DNA from: Candidatus Omnitrophota bacterium
GTDB taxonomy: Bacteria > Omnitrophota > Gorgyraeia > Aquiviventales > Aquiviventaceae
DNA: 64,000 bases
Reading direction: 5' to 3'
NCBI GenBank assembly: GCA_016180575.1
Contig: JACPAY010000002.1
Coordinates: 27,235 to 91,234 of the forward strand
Shown here: positions 47,889-56,892 of the stretch, in pieces
Layout: each line of letters opens with the position of its first letter
How positions within the stretch are numbered: the stretch's first letter is position 1
Notes under the pieces: model-generated
Told to the model about the DNA's origin: nothing
Databases searched by the model: none
What the model saw: the letters and a program-made list of their open reading frames with translations, nothing else
Program-made: the position numbers and the translations under genes

Positions 47889-49435
47889 TGGCGAAGCCGA
47901 CCGCGGCTGCCGCCATCCACGCCGGCGGCCACGAGCGATGGGGCTCAAAGCTGGGCGTCATCCTCGCGGTGGCCGGCAGCGCGGTGGGCCTTGGCAACTT
48001 CCTCAGGTTCCCGGTCCAGGCGGCGCAGAACGGCGGCGGCGCCTTCATGATCCCGTACTTCCTCGCCCTCATCTTCCTGGGGATCCCGCTGGCGGTGGTG
48101 GAGTGGACGATCGGCCGCCACGGCGGCATGCACGGGCACAACACCGCCGCCGGCGCCTTCAGCGCGATGTGGCCCTGGCGCGGGGCCAAGTACCTGGGGC
48201 TGCTGGGGGTGTTCGGCCCGTGGGTGATCTTCCTCTATTACACCTACATCGAGAGCTGGACCCTGGCCTTCAGCTACTTTTCCTTGGCGGGCCTCCTGGG
48301 ACAGGCCAGGGAACAGGCCGCGATGACCGGGTTCCTCCAGGCGTTCCAGGGTCTTTCGCCGAACGCCATCTTCCCGCATATCGGCACTGCCTACTTCTTC
48401 TTCCTCCTGACGTTCGCCGTGAACCTCCTCGTCGTCGCCGGGGGGATCCAGAAGGGCATCGAGTTCGTTTCCAAGGTGTTCCTGCCGCTGCTCTTTCTCT
48501 TCGCGTTCGTGCTGGCCGTCCGTGTCTTCTGGATCGGCGCGCCGGACCCGGCCCGGCCGGACTGGCACGTGGTTAACGGCCTCGGCTACCTTTGGAACCC
48601 GAACCTGTCCGTCTTGGGCAGCTCCCGCGTGTGGCTGGCGGCGGCCGGGCAGGTCCTCTTCACCCTGAGCGTCGGCATCGGCGCGATCGTGACCTATGCG
48701 AGCTACCTCAGGCGGGATGACGACGTCGCGCTCTCCTCGCTGACCGCCGTCGGCACCAACGAGTTCGCGGAGGTGATCCTGGGCGGCTGCCTGGTCATCC
48801 CGGCCGCCTTCGCGTTCTTCGGCCCGGAGCAACTGGCCGCCATCGCCAAGGGCGGCGCCTTCAACCTGGGGTTCGTCACCATGCCGCTCGTGCTGGGGCA
48901 GCTCTCCTGGGGCCAGCTGTTCGGGTGCCTCTGGTTCCTCCTCCTCTTCCTCGCCGGCATCACCTCATCAATCTCGCTCGCCCAGCCGGTCATCGCCTTC
49001 TTCCAGAACGTCTACGGCTGGCGGCGGGCCAGGGCGGTGGCGGTCTTCGGCGCGGTGAGCTTCGTGCTGAGCCAGCCGGCGATCCTCTGGCTCGGCCGGG
49101 GCGCGCTGGATGAGATGGATTTCTGGGGCGGGACGGTGTGCCTGGTCGTCTTCGGCCTGCTGGAGGTGCTGCTCTTTGCCTGGGTCTTCGGGATGGAGCG
49201 GGGCTGGCGCGAGATCCACCACAGCTCGGACATCCGCCTGCCAGGGTTCTTCCGGTGGGTCATCGCCTACGCCACCCCGGCCTACCTGCTCTTCGTCCTC
49301 GGCTTCTGGCTCTATGACAACGCGAAGACCACCATCAGCATGGCCGGCGTGGATGCCGCGAATCGGCCCTACGTCATCGGGGTCCGATGGATGCTGATCG
49401 GCCTTCTCCTGGTCATGGCGCTGACGATGCGCTGA
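47888..49435 (+). CDS. Sodium:neurotransmitter symporter (SNF) family transporter
   Basis: N-terminus RWGSKLGVILAVAGSAVGLGNFLRFP, with 11-12 TM segments. TGATG overlap with truA. Confidence 0.8.
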   Translation: MAKPTAAAAIHAGGHERWGSKLGVILAVAGSAVGLGNFLRFPVQAAQNGGGAFMIPYFLALIFLGIPLAVVEWTIGRHGGMHGHNTAAGAFSAMWPWRGAKYLGLLGVFGPWVIFLYYTYIESWTLAFSYFSLAGLLGQAREQAAMTGFLQAFQGLSPNAIFPHIGTAYFFFLLTFAVNLLVVAGGIQKGIEFVSKVFLPLLFLFAFVLAVRVFWIGAPDPARPDWHVVNGLGYLWNPNLSVLGSSRVWLAAAGQVLFTLSVGIGAIVTYASYLRRDDDVALSSLTAVGTNEFAEVILGGCLVIPAAFAFFGPEQLAAIAKGGAFNLGFVTMPLVLGQLSWGQLFGCLWFLLLFLAGITSSISLAQPVIAFFQNVYGWRRARAVAVFGAVSFVLSQPAILWLGRGALDEMDFWGGTVCLVVFGLLEVLLFAWVFGMERGWREIHHSSDIRLPGFFRWVIAYATPAYLLFVLGFWLYDNAKTTISMAGVDAANRPYVIGVRWMLIGLLLVMALTMR

Positions 49436-49450
49436 AGCATCGGCGCGACC

Positions 49451-49518
49451 ATGGTGTCAGACACCATATTCCTGACCGGGGCAGCGAGGCGACCGAGCTG
49501 AACATGGTGTCTGACGGC
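49451..49518. repeat. Family-C variant arms (ATGGTGTCAGACACCAT ... CATGGTGTCTGAC)
   Basis: GTGTCAGACAC is a covarying version of GGTATCAGATACC around the same TCAGA/TCTGA core. Confidence 0.7.
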
Positions 49519-49536
49519 TCTGTCGAACACCTCCGT

Positions 49537-49637
49537 GTGGCCGCGGGTGACGCGGAGCCGGGGCCCCCGCCGCCTGCCCGCAGGCCGACGAGGCCGAGGA
49601 CAGCCGGCGGGGTGGCGGCGCGGCAGGACCCGCGGCT
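49537..49637 (+). repeat. Family-B element copy 3
   Basis: gtgtggccgcgggtgacgcggagccggggcccccgccgcctgcccgcaggccgacgaggccgaggacagccggcggggtggcggcgcggcaggacccgcggc. Confidence 0.8.
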
Positions 49638-49656
49638 CAGCGAAGTATTCGATAGA

Positions 49657-49676
49657 GCAGTGTCTGACACCATATT
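49657..49676. repeat. Family-C variant arm (AGCAGTGTCTGACACCATAT)
   Basis: Third GTGTCTGACAC arm of the cluster. Family-B copy 3 sits between arms. Confidence 0.6.
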
Positions 49677-49679
49677 TAA

Positions 49680-49790
49680 ATGACGCGGGCTGGGTGGGTG
49701 TTCCTGGTGGTGTCGTGGGGCGCGATCCTGGCGCTGTGCGCCTTCTGCTTCAGTCGAGTCTTTCGGCACCACCGGCAGCGACGGTCATGA
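49680..49790 (+). CDS. Possible small single-TM membrane peptide (36 aa, MTRAGWVFLVVSWGAILALCAFCFSRVFRHHRQRRS)
   Basis: ATG directly after an AT-rich catatttaa box. One hydrophobic helix followed by a basic tail. No SD, so it would be leaderless. Confidence 0.25.
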   Translation: MTRAGWVFLVVSWGAILALCAFCFSRVFRHHRQRRS

Positions 49791-49802
49791 GCACGCGTGG
49801 CG

Positions 49803-49972
49803 GGTCCCGCTAGCTGCGGGTCCTGGCAGGATGGTGTCTCGCCGGACCGCTCGGCCCGCCCCACCGTGGCGGGCCTTCGCTCGGCTTCAGGGGTTCGCTC
49901 GTCCCTCCGGTTCACCGAGGGGACACCATGGCCGCTCACCCCTTCAGACGTCCGGCTCGACATCCATCCTGC
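49803..49972 (+). ncRNA. Candidate structured RNA or structured repeat, family E copy 2
   Basis: Homologous to 5359..5523. The covarying helices are GGCCCGCC/GGCGGGCC (versus GGCGTGCC/GGCACGCC), CCCTC/GAGGG (versus CCCGCC/GGCGGG) and GGCAGGATGG/CCATCCTGCC (versus GGCAGGGTGG/CCACCCTGCC). Confidence 0.45.
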
Positions 49973-50127
49973 CACCCGCAGCCAACAAGGACCCATGCCC
50001 GCCCGCACGACCGCGAGCCCCGGCATCGCAAGTCCCCTGTCACCCGCCAACCTTTTTCGCTTGACAGCGGAACCTGGAGGCTCCATAATTTCCAACAAAT
50101 GGTTGGTAAGGCATTGGGGGGGGAAGG

Positions 50128-50586
50128 TTGATGAGAGAGACGCAGCCGGTTGCGGTGAATGTGCCCCTAGAGCTTCAAAAGACCCTAGCGGAGCTTTTGA
50201 AGCTTGAGAAGGCAATGGATATCCTCGGCAAGCGGATTGCCGATCGCCGATGCTACGTTGATGCGCTCAAGCGAGTGCAGAACCATTTCAACGATCATCT
50301 GGAAACGTCCGAGTCCTCCAACCCCTCCTCGTCAAGCTCATCCTGCTCTTCCTCCAGCTCCATTCCAATTAGTGAATCAGCGGCACCTGTCACTTCCGCT
50401 TGTCTTGAGATTTTCAGGCAAGAACACGGCCCCCTCAGGTTGAGCTTTATTGAGAAACGACTTCGCGAACGGGGAGTTCGAGTGGGGCGAAACACGGCAT
50501 GGATGGCGATCAAGCGACTTGAGCAGAGGCACCGCATCCGTAAACGTAGCCGCGGTGTCTACGAGTTGATGAATGGTTCGAGCTAG
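50128..50586 (+). CDS. Hypothetical protein (152 aa) in a low-GC patch, with coiled-coil N-terminus, Ser-rich linker and basic C-terminal domain
   Basis: Its GC is markedly lower than the genome. GGGGGGAAGG lies upstream of the ATG. No recognisable family. Confidence 0.4.
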   Translation: MMRETQPVAVNVPLELQKTLAELLKLEKAMDILGKRIADRRCYVDALKRVQNHFNDHLETSESSNPSSSSSSCSSSSSIPISESAAPVTSACLEIFRQEHGPLRLSFIEKRLRERGVRVGRNTAWMAIKRLEQRHRIRKRSRGVYELMNGSS

Positions 50587-50724
50587 GGAATAAAAACAGG
50601 GCCAGTAGCTTCCACTACTGGCCCCGCAAAACTGATCGGTGCCCCGACTAGGAGACACGCGATCTGCGCTTTCGCGCTTTAATTTATTCTAAACCAATTG
50701 GAACTCCTGTCAAGCACTTTATGC

Positions 50725-50815
50725 GGAGGGGTGGGCGAGTGGTCGAAGCCAGCTGACTTAAAATCAGCCAATCGTCTGGGAGGACGGTTCACGAGTTCAA
50801 ATCTCGTCCCCTCCG
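50725..50815 (+). tRNA. tRNA-Leu (anticodon TAA), class II with a long variable arm
   Basis: Acceptor GGAGGGG/CCCCTCC, U8, 3-bp D stem, anticodon stem GCTGA/TCAGC with loop CTTAAAA, 22-nt variable arm, T arm ACGAG-TTCAAAT-CTCGT. No CCA is encoded. Confidence 0.85.
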
Positions 50816-51407
50816 CACACTCTTTAAGCTAAGTTGTCAAGGACCTATTAGCTTAATTCGGAGAAAGTACCCGCATAATTGTGCCTGTCCGGTCAAGTAA
50901 ATGTCAAATAAATTAATAAATTGAGCCGTTGATGAACCAGGAAGGCGACGGCAAGTGTGGGAGTAGTTAACCGTGAGGCGTGCATGGCGAAGAACGAGCG
51001 CACATCCCGGCGTGTCGCGTCGATTGCCAGCCGCATCCTTCGCGACCCTTGGGCAACTAGGGCGCAGAAGAGTGCGGCGGGTTCGGCGCTGACTCAGATT
51101 CGGGATCGCAAGCGGCGCGGACGGTAAGGCTCACTTAGCCGAGTGAGACGGACAATTGCGCAGGCTGGTATGGTAATCTGCCCTATCACCTGCGCATTGT
51201 CCTTTGTAGTATTCAAGCTCTGAGCCAGCGTCTTGTAGTCCTTCTGATTATCTGTCAGGAACCCGACGGAGAAACGCCGAGCTGGGAAAAAGGGTAGAAT
51301 ACCTTCCAGATGTTCCCAGCCAGGATCAGTCCTCTTGCTGTCTAGCCATTCGACTAGGACGAGCGGCGGCGGGTAGTGTCTCATTTTGAACGGTAGGAGG
51401 TCATAAG

Positions 51408-51521
51408 ATGCCTGAGTGTCAGCATGAGTGGGTGCAGGTGGTTGAAGACAAGGCGATTGGCCTGAAGCACATTGAGGTCTGCCGTTTGTGCGGCGTCAAG
51501 AAGTCCGAGAAGCAAACTTGA
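51408..51521 (+). CDS. Possible small zinc-ribbon protein (37 aa, MPECQHEWVQVVEDKAIGLKHIEVCRLCGVKKSEKQT)
   Basis: A perfect AGGAGG lies 8 nt upstream of the ATG. C4/H...CxxC arrangement. Located in the low-GC patch. Confidence 0.4.
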   Translation: MPECQHEWVQVVEDKAIGLKHIEVCRLCGVKKSEKQT

Positions 51522-51557
51522 CCACTACCGGCTCGACCACGCGGCTCGACCGCGCGG

Positions 51558-51586
51558 TTGACAGCTGCGCCCTCGTGTGTTACACT
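51558..51586 (+). promoter_or_regulatory. Consensus sigma-70 promoter TTGACA-N17-TACACT for rplM-rpsI
   Basis: -35 at 51558-63 and -10 at 51581-86. The rplM ATG (51596) lies about 10 nt downstream, giving a near-leaderless transcript. Confidence 0.55.
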
Positions 51587-51595
51587 CCCTCGCTA

Positions 51596-52001
51596 TGTCG
51601 ACGACGTTTCCCGCGGTCAAGACGATGCAGCGCGATTGGCTCGGATCGCGCTCATCCTCCGCGGCAAGCACAAGCCGACCTACACGCCGTTCCTGGACAC
51701 CGGCGATTTCGTCGTGGTCATCAACGCGGGGAAGGTCGCGGTGACCGGCAACAAGCTGAAGCAGAAGACGTATCAGCGCTACTCCGGCTACCCGGGCGGG
51801 CGGCGGGCGCGCACGCTGGAGGAGGTCCTCCGGACGCATCCCGACCGGGCGCTCCGCCAGGCGGTGAAGGGCATGATGCCGGACGGGCCGCTGGGGCGGC
51901 GGCTGCTCGGCAAGCTCAAGGTCTACGCCGGCCCGGCGCACCCGCACGCAGCGCAGCAGCCGAAACCGATTGACGTGGGGACCTCGACTCGCCATGGCTG
52001 A
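51596..52001 (+). CDS. rplM: 50S ribosomal protein L13, with the canonical N-terminus in a different frame from the body (apparent frameshift/deletion near codon 15)
   Basis: The ATG at 51596 encodes [15 protein letters not shown], matching the L13 consensus M.TF.A....V.RDW. The body [40 protein letters not shown]... reads in the +2 frame from about 51631 (the ORF track starts it at a TTG inside the -35 box). Confidence 0.75.
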
Positions 52002-52410
52002 CGCGACCGCACCGGCCGCCTCCGCGGGGCCGCTCTTGGGCACCGGGCGCCGGAAAGAGTCCGTCGCGCGCGTGCGCCTCATGCCGGGGGCCGGCACGAT
52101 CCTGATCAACGAGCGGCCGTATGAGGAGTACTTTCCCCGCGAGGCGCTGCGCCTGGCCATCCGCGCGCCGCTCTTGCTGACGCACCAACTGGGCAAGATG
52201 AACGTCCTCGTCAACGTCGAAGGGGGCGGGCTCACCGGCCAGGCCGGTGCGGTCCGCCTCGGCATCGCCCGGGCCCTGGCGGGCCTGGACCCCGCGCACC
52301 GCGTGAGCCTGCGCGGCGCCGGGCTGCTCACCCGGGATCCCCGGATGAAGGAACGGAAGAAGTACGGGCACAAAGGGGCCCGCAAGCGGTTCCAGTGGAC
52401 GAAGCGCTGA
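51994..52410 (+). CDS. rpsI: 30S ribosomal protein S9
   Basis: [14 protein letters not shown] and the C-terminus [11 protein letters not shown]. Confidence 0.9.
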   Translation: MADATAPAASAGPLLGTGRRKESVARVRLMPGAGTILINERPYEEYFPREALRLAIRAPLLLTHQLGKMNVLVNVEGGGLTGQAGAVRLGIARALAGLDPAHRVSLRGAGLLTRDPRMKERKKYGHKGARKRFQWTKR

Positions 52411-52472
52411 GCCCGCGTATCGTTGCGCCCCTGAAGCGGTTCTGTTAAGATGACAGCCACTCAACCTCACAG

Positions 52473-53513
52473 ATGTCCACGATTCGCGTCGCGATCGCAG
52501 GCGCGACCGGCTACGCAGGCGAAGAGCTTATCCGGTTGCTCCTCCAACACCCGCATGTCCAGCTCACCTGCTTGGCGGCCTCAGCCAAGTGGGAGCGCCC
52601 GACCTCTGTCGCAGAGGTCTATCCACGGTTCGCCCGCCAGCTAGACCTTCCCGTTGAAGCGCTCGACCTCGGCCGGCTCGCCCGGGCCGCCGACGCGGTC
52701 TTCCTCGCGCTGCCCCATGGCACGGCCATGGCGCTGGTCCCCTCGCTCTTGGAGGCGGGCAAACGCGTCATCGACTTAAGCGGCGACTTCCGGCTGCGCG
52801 ACCCCTCGCTCTACCCGCGGTGGTACCGCTTCACCCACGCCCACCCCGAGTGGCTTGGCCAAGACGGGCTCGCCTACGGCCTCACCGAGTTCCACCAAGA
52901 GGCCATCAAGAAGGCCCGCCTCGTGGCCAACCCCGGCTGCTACGCGACCAGCATCCTGCTCGGCGTCCTGCCGCTCTTCCAGGCCCAGCTCATCGAGGAG
53001 GGCCGCTTCCTGGTGGACGCCAAATCCGGCCTGAGCGGGGCGGGCCGCAAGGCCGATACCTCGCTCCTCTTCACCGAGATGACGGAGAACCTCCGCGCCT
53101 ACAAGGTGAACGAGCACCAGCACATGCCGGAGGTCCTGCAGGAGCTGGAGCGGGCCTCCGAGACCCGGCCGCTCATGGGGTTCGTCCCGCAGGTCATCCC
53201 GGTCAGCCGCGGCCTCATCTCGATGATCTACGCGAAGACGCGCGCCACGCCCGATGCGATTGCGGCGGCGTACCGCTCGGCGTACCCGGAGGACCGCGCG
53301 CCGTTTGTCCGCGTCCGGCCGCATGGCGCGCTGCCCGAGCTGCGGGACGTCGTCGGGACGAACTTCTGCGACGTCGGCTTCCAGCTCGACCCCGCGCTCG
53401 GCTATGTCATCGTGGCGAGCGCCCTGGACAACCTCACGAAGGGCGCCGCGGGCCAGGCGATCCAGAACTTCAACGTGATGCACGGGTTCCCTGAAGCCGC
53501 AGGTCTGCGCTGA
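52473..53513 (+). CDS. argC: N-acetyl-gamma-glutamyl-phosphate reductase
   Basis: Motifs VAIAGATGYAGEEL and PGCYAT. Confidence 0.9.
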   Translation: MSTIRVAIAGATGYAGEELIRLLLQHPHVQLTCLAASAKWERPTSVAEVYPRFARQLDLPVEALDLGRLARAADAVFLALPHGTAMALVPSLLEAGKRVIDLSGDFRLRDPSLYPRWYRFTHAHPEWLGQDGLAYGLTEFHQEAIKKARLVANPGCYATSILLGVLPLFQAQLIEEGRFLVDAKSGLSGAGRKADTSLLFTEMTENLRAYKVNEHQHMPEVLQELERASETRPLMGFVPQVIPVSRGLISMIYAKTRATPDAIAAAYRSAYPEDRAPFVRVRPHGALPELRDVVGTNFCDVGFQLDPALGYVIVASALDNLTKGAAGQAIQNFNVMHGFPEAAGLR

Positions 53514-54712
53514 TGCGGTGGGTGCCGGGCGGGGTGACCGCCCCCAAGGGGTTCGTCGCCGCAGGGGTCGCGGCGGGGATCAAGCGCAGCCGCAAGCCGG
53601 ACCTCGCGCTCGTGGCGGCGGATCGGCCGGCCGCCGCGGCCGCGGTGTTCACGACGAACCGTGTCCAGGCCGCCCCGGTCCTCATCAGCCGGGCGCGGGC
53701 CCGCCGCGGCCGCGCGCAGGCGGTGCTCATCAACAGCGGCTGCGCCAACTGCCTGACCGGCCCGGCCGGGATGCGCGATGCGCTGCGCGTGAGCCGGGCG
53801 GCCGCGGAGGCGCTGCGCATCAAGGAGTCTCACGTGCTGGTCGCCTCGACCGGGCTCATCGGGACCCGCCTGCCGGTGGCCAAGATCGAGCGGGCCTTGC
53901 CGAAGCTCGCGCGGCAGCTGAGCCGCCGCCGCCACGAGGCGGCCGCCCAGGCGATCCTGACGACCGACCTGCACCCCAAAGAGGCGGCGGTGGAGGCGCG
54001 CATCAACGGGCGCTTCGTCCGCGTCGGCGGCATGGCCAAGGGGTCGGGCATGATCGCGCCCTCGATGGCGACGATGCTGTGCGTGCTCACCACCGATGCG
54101 GCCGCGCCGGCCCGGTGGCTCGGCGGGCTCCTGCGCGAGGCGGCCGAGGAGACGTTCAACCGGATCAGCGTGGACCATGACATGAGCACCAACGACACCG
54201 TCTTCGCCCTCGCCGGGGGCGGCTCCGGCGCCGCGATCCGTCCCGGGACCGCCGGGGCGCGGCGCTTCGCGCGGATGGTGACCGCGGTGGCCGGGCGCCT
54301 CGCCGAGCGGCTCGTGCGGGACGGGGAAGGCGCCACCAAGCGCATGACGGTGGAGGTCTGCGGGGGCCGGACGGCCCGGGAGGCGCAGGCCTGCGCCCGG
54401 CAGGCGGCCGGTTCGCCGCTTGTGAAGACGATGCTCGCCGGCAGCGACGCCAACGTCGGCCGGCTCGCCGCCGCCGCGGGCGCGTCGGGGGCGCGGTTTG
54501 ATCCGGCGCGCCTTGAGATCCACGTGGAGGGGGTTCGCCTCGTCGCCGGCGGGGCGGCCCTGCCGGTGCCGGCGGCGGCGCTGCGTCGGCTGCTGCGGCG
54601 GCCGCACGTGCGCGTGCGCATCCACCTGCACGCGGGGCGCGCCTCGGCCCGCATGCTCACGTGCGACCTGACCGAGGAGTACGTGCGGATCAACGCGGGC
54701 TACGCGACGTAG
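53513..54712 (+). CDS. argJ: Bifunctional glutamate N-acetyltransferase / amino-acid acetyltransferase
   Basis: PKGFVAAGVAAGIK, and the self-cleavage region ATMLCVLTTDA. Confidence 0.9.
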   Translation: MRWVPGGVTAPKGFVAAGVAAGIKRSRKPDLALVAADRPAAAAAVFTTNRVQAAPVLISRARARRGRAQAVLINSGCANCLTGPAGMRDALRVSRAAAEALRIKESHVLVASTGLIGTRLPVAKIERALPKLARQLSRRRHEAAAQAILTTDLHPKEAAVEARINGRFVRVGGMAKGSGMIAPSMATMLCVLTTDAAAPARWLGGLLREAAEETFNRISVDHDMSTNDTVFALAGGGSGAAIRPGTAGARRFARMVTAVAGRLAERLVRDGEGATKRMTVEVCGGRTAREAQACARQAAGSPLVKTMLAGSDANVGRLAAAAGASGARFDPARLEIHVEGVRLVAGGAALPVPAAALRRLLRRPHVRVRIHLHAGRASARMLTCDLTEEYVRINAGYAT

Positions 54713-54719
54713 CGGGCTC

Positions 54720-55568
54720 ATGCGCGCATCGATCCGGAAAGCGGACATCCTCATCGAGGCGATCCCGTACATCCAAGCGTTCCGGGGGAAGGTCATCGTG
54801 GCGAAGTACGGCGGCAGCGCCATCGACGACCCCGCCGCGATGCGGCGGATCCTCCAGGACCTCATCTTCCTCACGGAGGTCGGGGTCCGGTCGGTCCTCG
54901 TCCACGGGGGCGGGCCGGCCATCACGAAGCGGCTGGCCGCCTCGGGCGCGGAGAGCCGGTTCGTGGACGGGCTGCGCGTGACGGACGCGCGCGCGGTCCG
55001 CCTCGTCAACCGAGCGCTGGCGGAGGTCAACCGCCGCCTCGTGCGGCAGGTCCGGTCGCTGGGCGGGCGCGCGGTCGGGCTCACCCCCCGGCAGAAGGTC
55101 GTCGCCGCCGAGCCGCACCCGCGGGCCGGGGAGCTGGGCGCCGTCGGGACGGTCGCCTGGGTCCAGAACGGGCTCATCCGGCGCGTCCTCGCCGGGCACG
55201 CGATCCCGGTCATCTCGCCGGTGGGGGTCGGGCACGGGCGGCTCTACAACGTCAACGCCGACGACGTGGCGAGCGAGGTGGCCGCGGCGCTGCGGGCGGA
55301 GAAGCTCGTCCTGCTCACGAACGTCCGGGGCATCTGCCGCACGCCGGGGGAGCCGTCGTCGCTCATCCCCCACGTGTCGGTGAAGGACGCCAAGGCGCTG
55401 GCGCGCCGCGGGGTCGTCCAGTCCGGGATGATCCCGAAGGTCCGGGCCTGCGTGCGGGCGTTGCGGCGCGGCGTGAAGAAGACGCACATCATCGACGCCG
55501 CGATCCCGCACGCTCTCCTGCTTGAGATCTTCACGAAGCGGGGCATCGGGACCGAGATCGTCCGCTGA
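54720..55568 (+). CDS. argB: Acetylglutamate kinase
   Basis: Motifs VIVAKYGGSA and VLVHGGGP. Confidence 0.9.
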   Translation: MRASIRKADILIEAIPYIQAFRGKVIVAKYGGSAIDDPAAMRRILQDLIFLTEVGVRSVLVHGGGPAITKRLAASGAESRFVDGLRVTDARAVRLVNRALAEVNRRLVRQVRSLGGRAVGLTPRQKVVAAEPHPRAGELGAVGTVAWVQNGLIRRVLAGHAIPVISPVGVGHGRLYNVNADDVASEVAAALRAEKLVLLTNVRGICRTPGEPSSLIPHVSVKDAKALARRGVVQSGMIPKVRACVRALRRGVKKTHIIDAAIPHALLLEIFTKRGIGTEIVR

Positions 55569-56755
55569 TGGGACAGGCGACCGACGAGGTCATGCAGCAG
55601 TACGAGCGGTACGTGATGAACACGTACGTGCGGCAGCCGCTCGTCATCACCAAGGCGAAGGGCAGCCGGGTGTGGGACGTCGAGGGGCATGAGTACCTGG
55701 ACCTCTTTCCCGGCTGGGGGGTGGGGGGCCTCGGCTACAACCACCCGTGGGTGACGGCGGCGCTGCGCGGGCAGGCGGGCCGCGTCCTCCACGTCTCGAA
55801 CAACTACTACCACCCGCTCCAGTGGCGGGCGGCCAAGCGGCTCATCACAGCCTCGTTCGACGGGACGGTCTTCTTCACGAACAGCGGCGCCGAGGCGGTC
55901 GAGACCGCGGTCAAACTCAGCCGACGCTGGGGGGGTGGCCGCCACGAGATCATCGTCATGGAGCGGTCGTTCCACGGCCGGACGATGGCAGCGCTGAGCG
56001 CCACCGGGCAGTCCAAGCACCAGGAGGGGTTTGAGCCGCTGCTGGCGGGGTTCGTGCGCGTGCCGTTCAACGACCTGGCCGCGGCGCAGGCGGCGGTGAC
56101 GCCGAAGACCGTCGCCGTGCTGGTCGAGCCGATCCAGGGGGAAGGGGGGGTGCGCGTGGCGGACGACGAGTTCCTCACGGGGCTGCGCCGGCTGTGCGAT
56201 GAGCGGCGCCTCTTGCTCATCATGGATGAGATTCAGACCGGGATGGGACGGACCGGGACCTGGTTCGCCTACCAGCGCAGCGGGGCCGAGCCGGACCTCT
56301 TGCTCGTCGCGAAGATGCTCGGCGGGGGGTTCCCGATCGGGGCGGTGGTGGCCAAGCGGGCGCTGGCGGGCGTGCTGAGCCCGGGGACCCATGCGACCAC
56401 GTACGGCGGAAGCCCGCTCGGCTGCGCCTGCGTCCTGGCGGCCTTCGAGGCGATCGAGAAGCAGCGGCTGCTGGAGCGGGTCAACACGCTGAGCCCGATC
56501 CTGTTTGAGCGGCTGCGCGCGCTCAAGGAGCGCGTCCCCGCCATCCGCGAGGTGCGCGGGCGGGGGTTCATGGCCGGCATCGAGCTGGCGGCGAGCGGCA
56601 AGCCCATCGTCGAGGCGTGCCGCGCCAAGCGGCTGCTCATCAACTGCACGCAGGAGACCGTCCTGCGCCTGCTGCCCGCGCTGACGATCACGCGCGCGCA
56701 GCTGGACCGGGGGCTGGGCGTCTTGGAGGAGACACTCGTGGAGTCGAGCCGATGA
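55568..56755 (+). CDS. argD: Acetylornithine aminotransferase
   Basis: Motifs FTNSGAEAVE, DEIQTGMGRTG and LLVVAKMLGGG. Confidence 0.9.
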   Translation: MGQATDEVMQQYERYVMNTYVRQPLVITKAKGSRVWDVEGHEYLDLFPGWGVGGLGYNHPWVTAALRGQAGRVLHVSNNYYHPLQWRAAKRLITASFDGTVFFTNSGAEAVETAVKLSRRWGGGRHEIIVMERSFHGRTMAALSATGQSKHQEGFEPLLAGFVRVPFNDLAAAQAAVTPKTVAVLVEPIQGEGGVRVADDEFLTGLRRLCDERRLLLIMDEIQTGMGRTGTWFAYQRSGAEPDLLLVAKMLGGGFPIGAVVAKRALAGVLSPGTHATTYGGSPLGCACVLAAFEAIEKQRLLERVNTLSPILFERLRALKERVPAIREVRGRGFMAGIELAASGKPIVEACRAKRLLINCTQETVLRLLPALTITRAQLDRGLGVLEETLVESSR

Positions 56756-56787
56756 AGCCGCGTCTGTTCCGTCGAACACCCCGCCTG

Positions 56788-56886
56788 GGCCGCGGGTCCT
56801 GCCGCGCCGCCACCCCACCGGCTGTCCTCGGCCTCGGCCTGCGGGCAGGCGGCGGGGGCCCCGGCTCCGCGTCACCCGCGGCCGGA
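56788..56886 (-). repeat. Family-B element copy 4, internal segment inverted relative to the other copies
   Basis: The plus strand reads the reverse complement of the copy 1-3 core, but retains the same left-flank gtcgaacacc motif seen in copy 3. Confidence 0.75.
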
Positions 56887-56892
56887 CGACGT

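Noticed and set aside
49387-49683. 98-aa ORF after the SNF transporter.
   Set aside because: It is composed almost entirely of family-C arms and the family-B repeat read in-frame. It has no start context and is a repeat read-through artefact.
51094-51384. 96-aa minus-strand ORF in the low-GC patch.
   Set aside because: It has no SD or promoter-like context and no domain. It overlaps the convergent 47-aa + ORF. It is kept only as a weak possibility within the island finding.
51558-51598. TTG-initiated rplM ORF start at 51558 from the ORF track.
   Set aside because: That TTG is the first half of the TTGACA -35 box. The canonical L13 N-terminus starts at the ATG at 51596 in another frame.
56617-56892. 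The 5' extension of the argF ORF (56617-56892).
   Set aside because: The extension is the inverted family-B repeat plus the argD 3' overlap. The conserved OTCase N-terminus starts near 56893.
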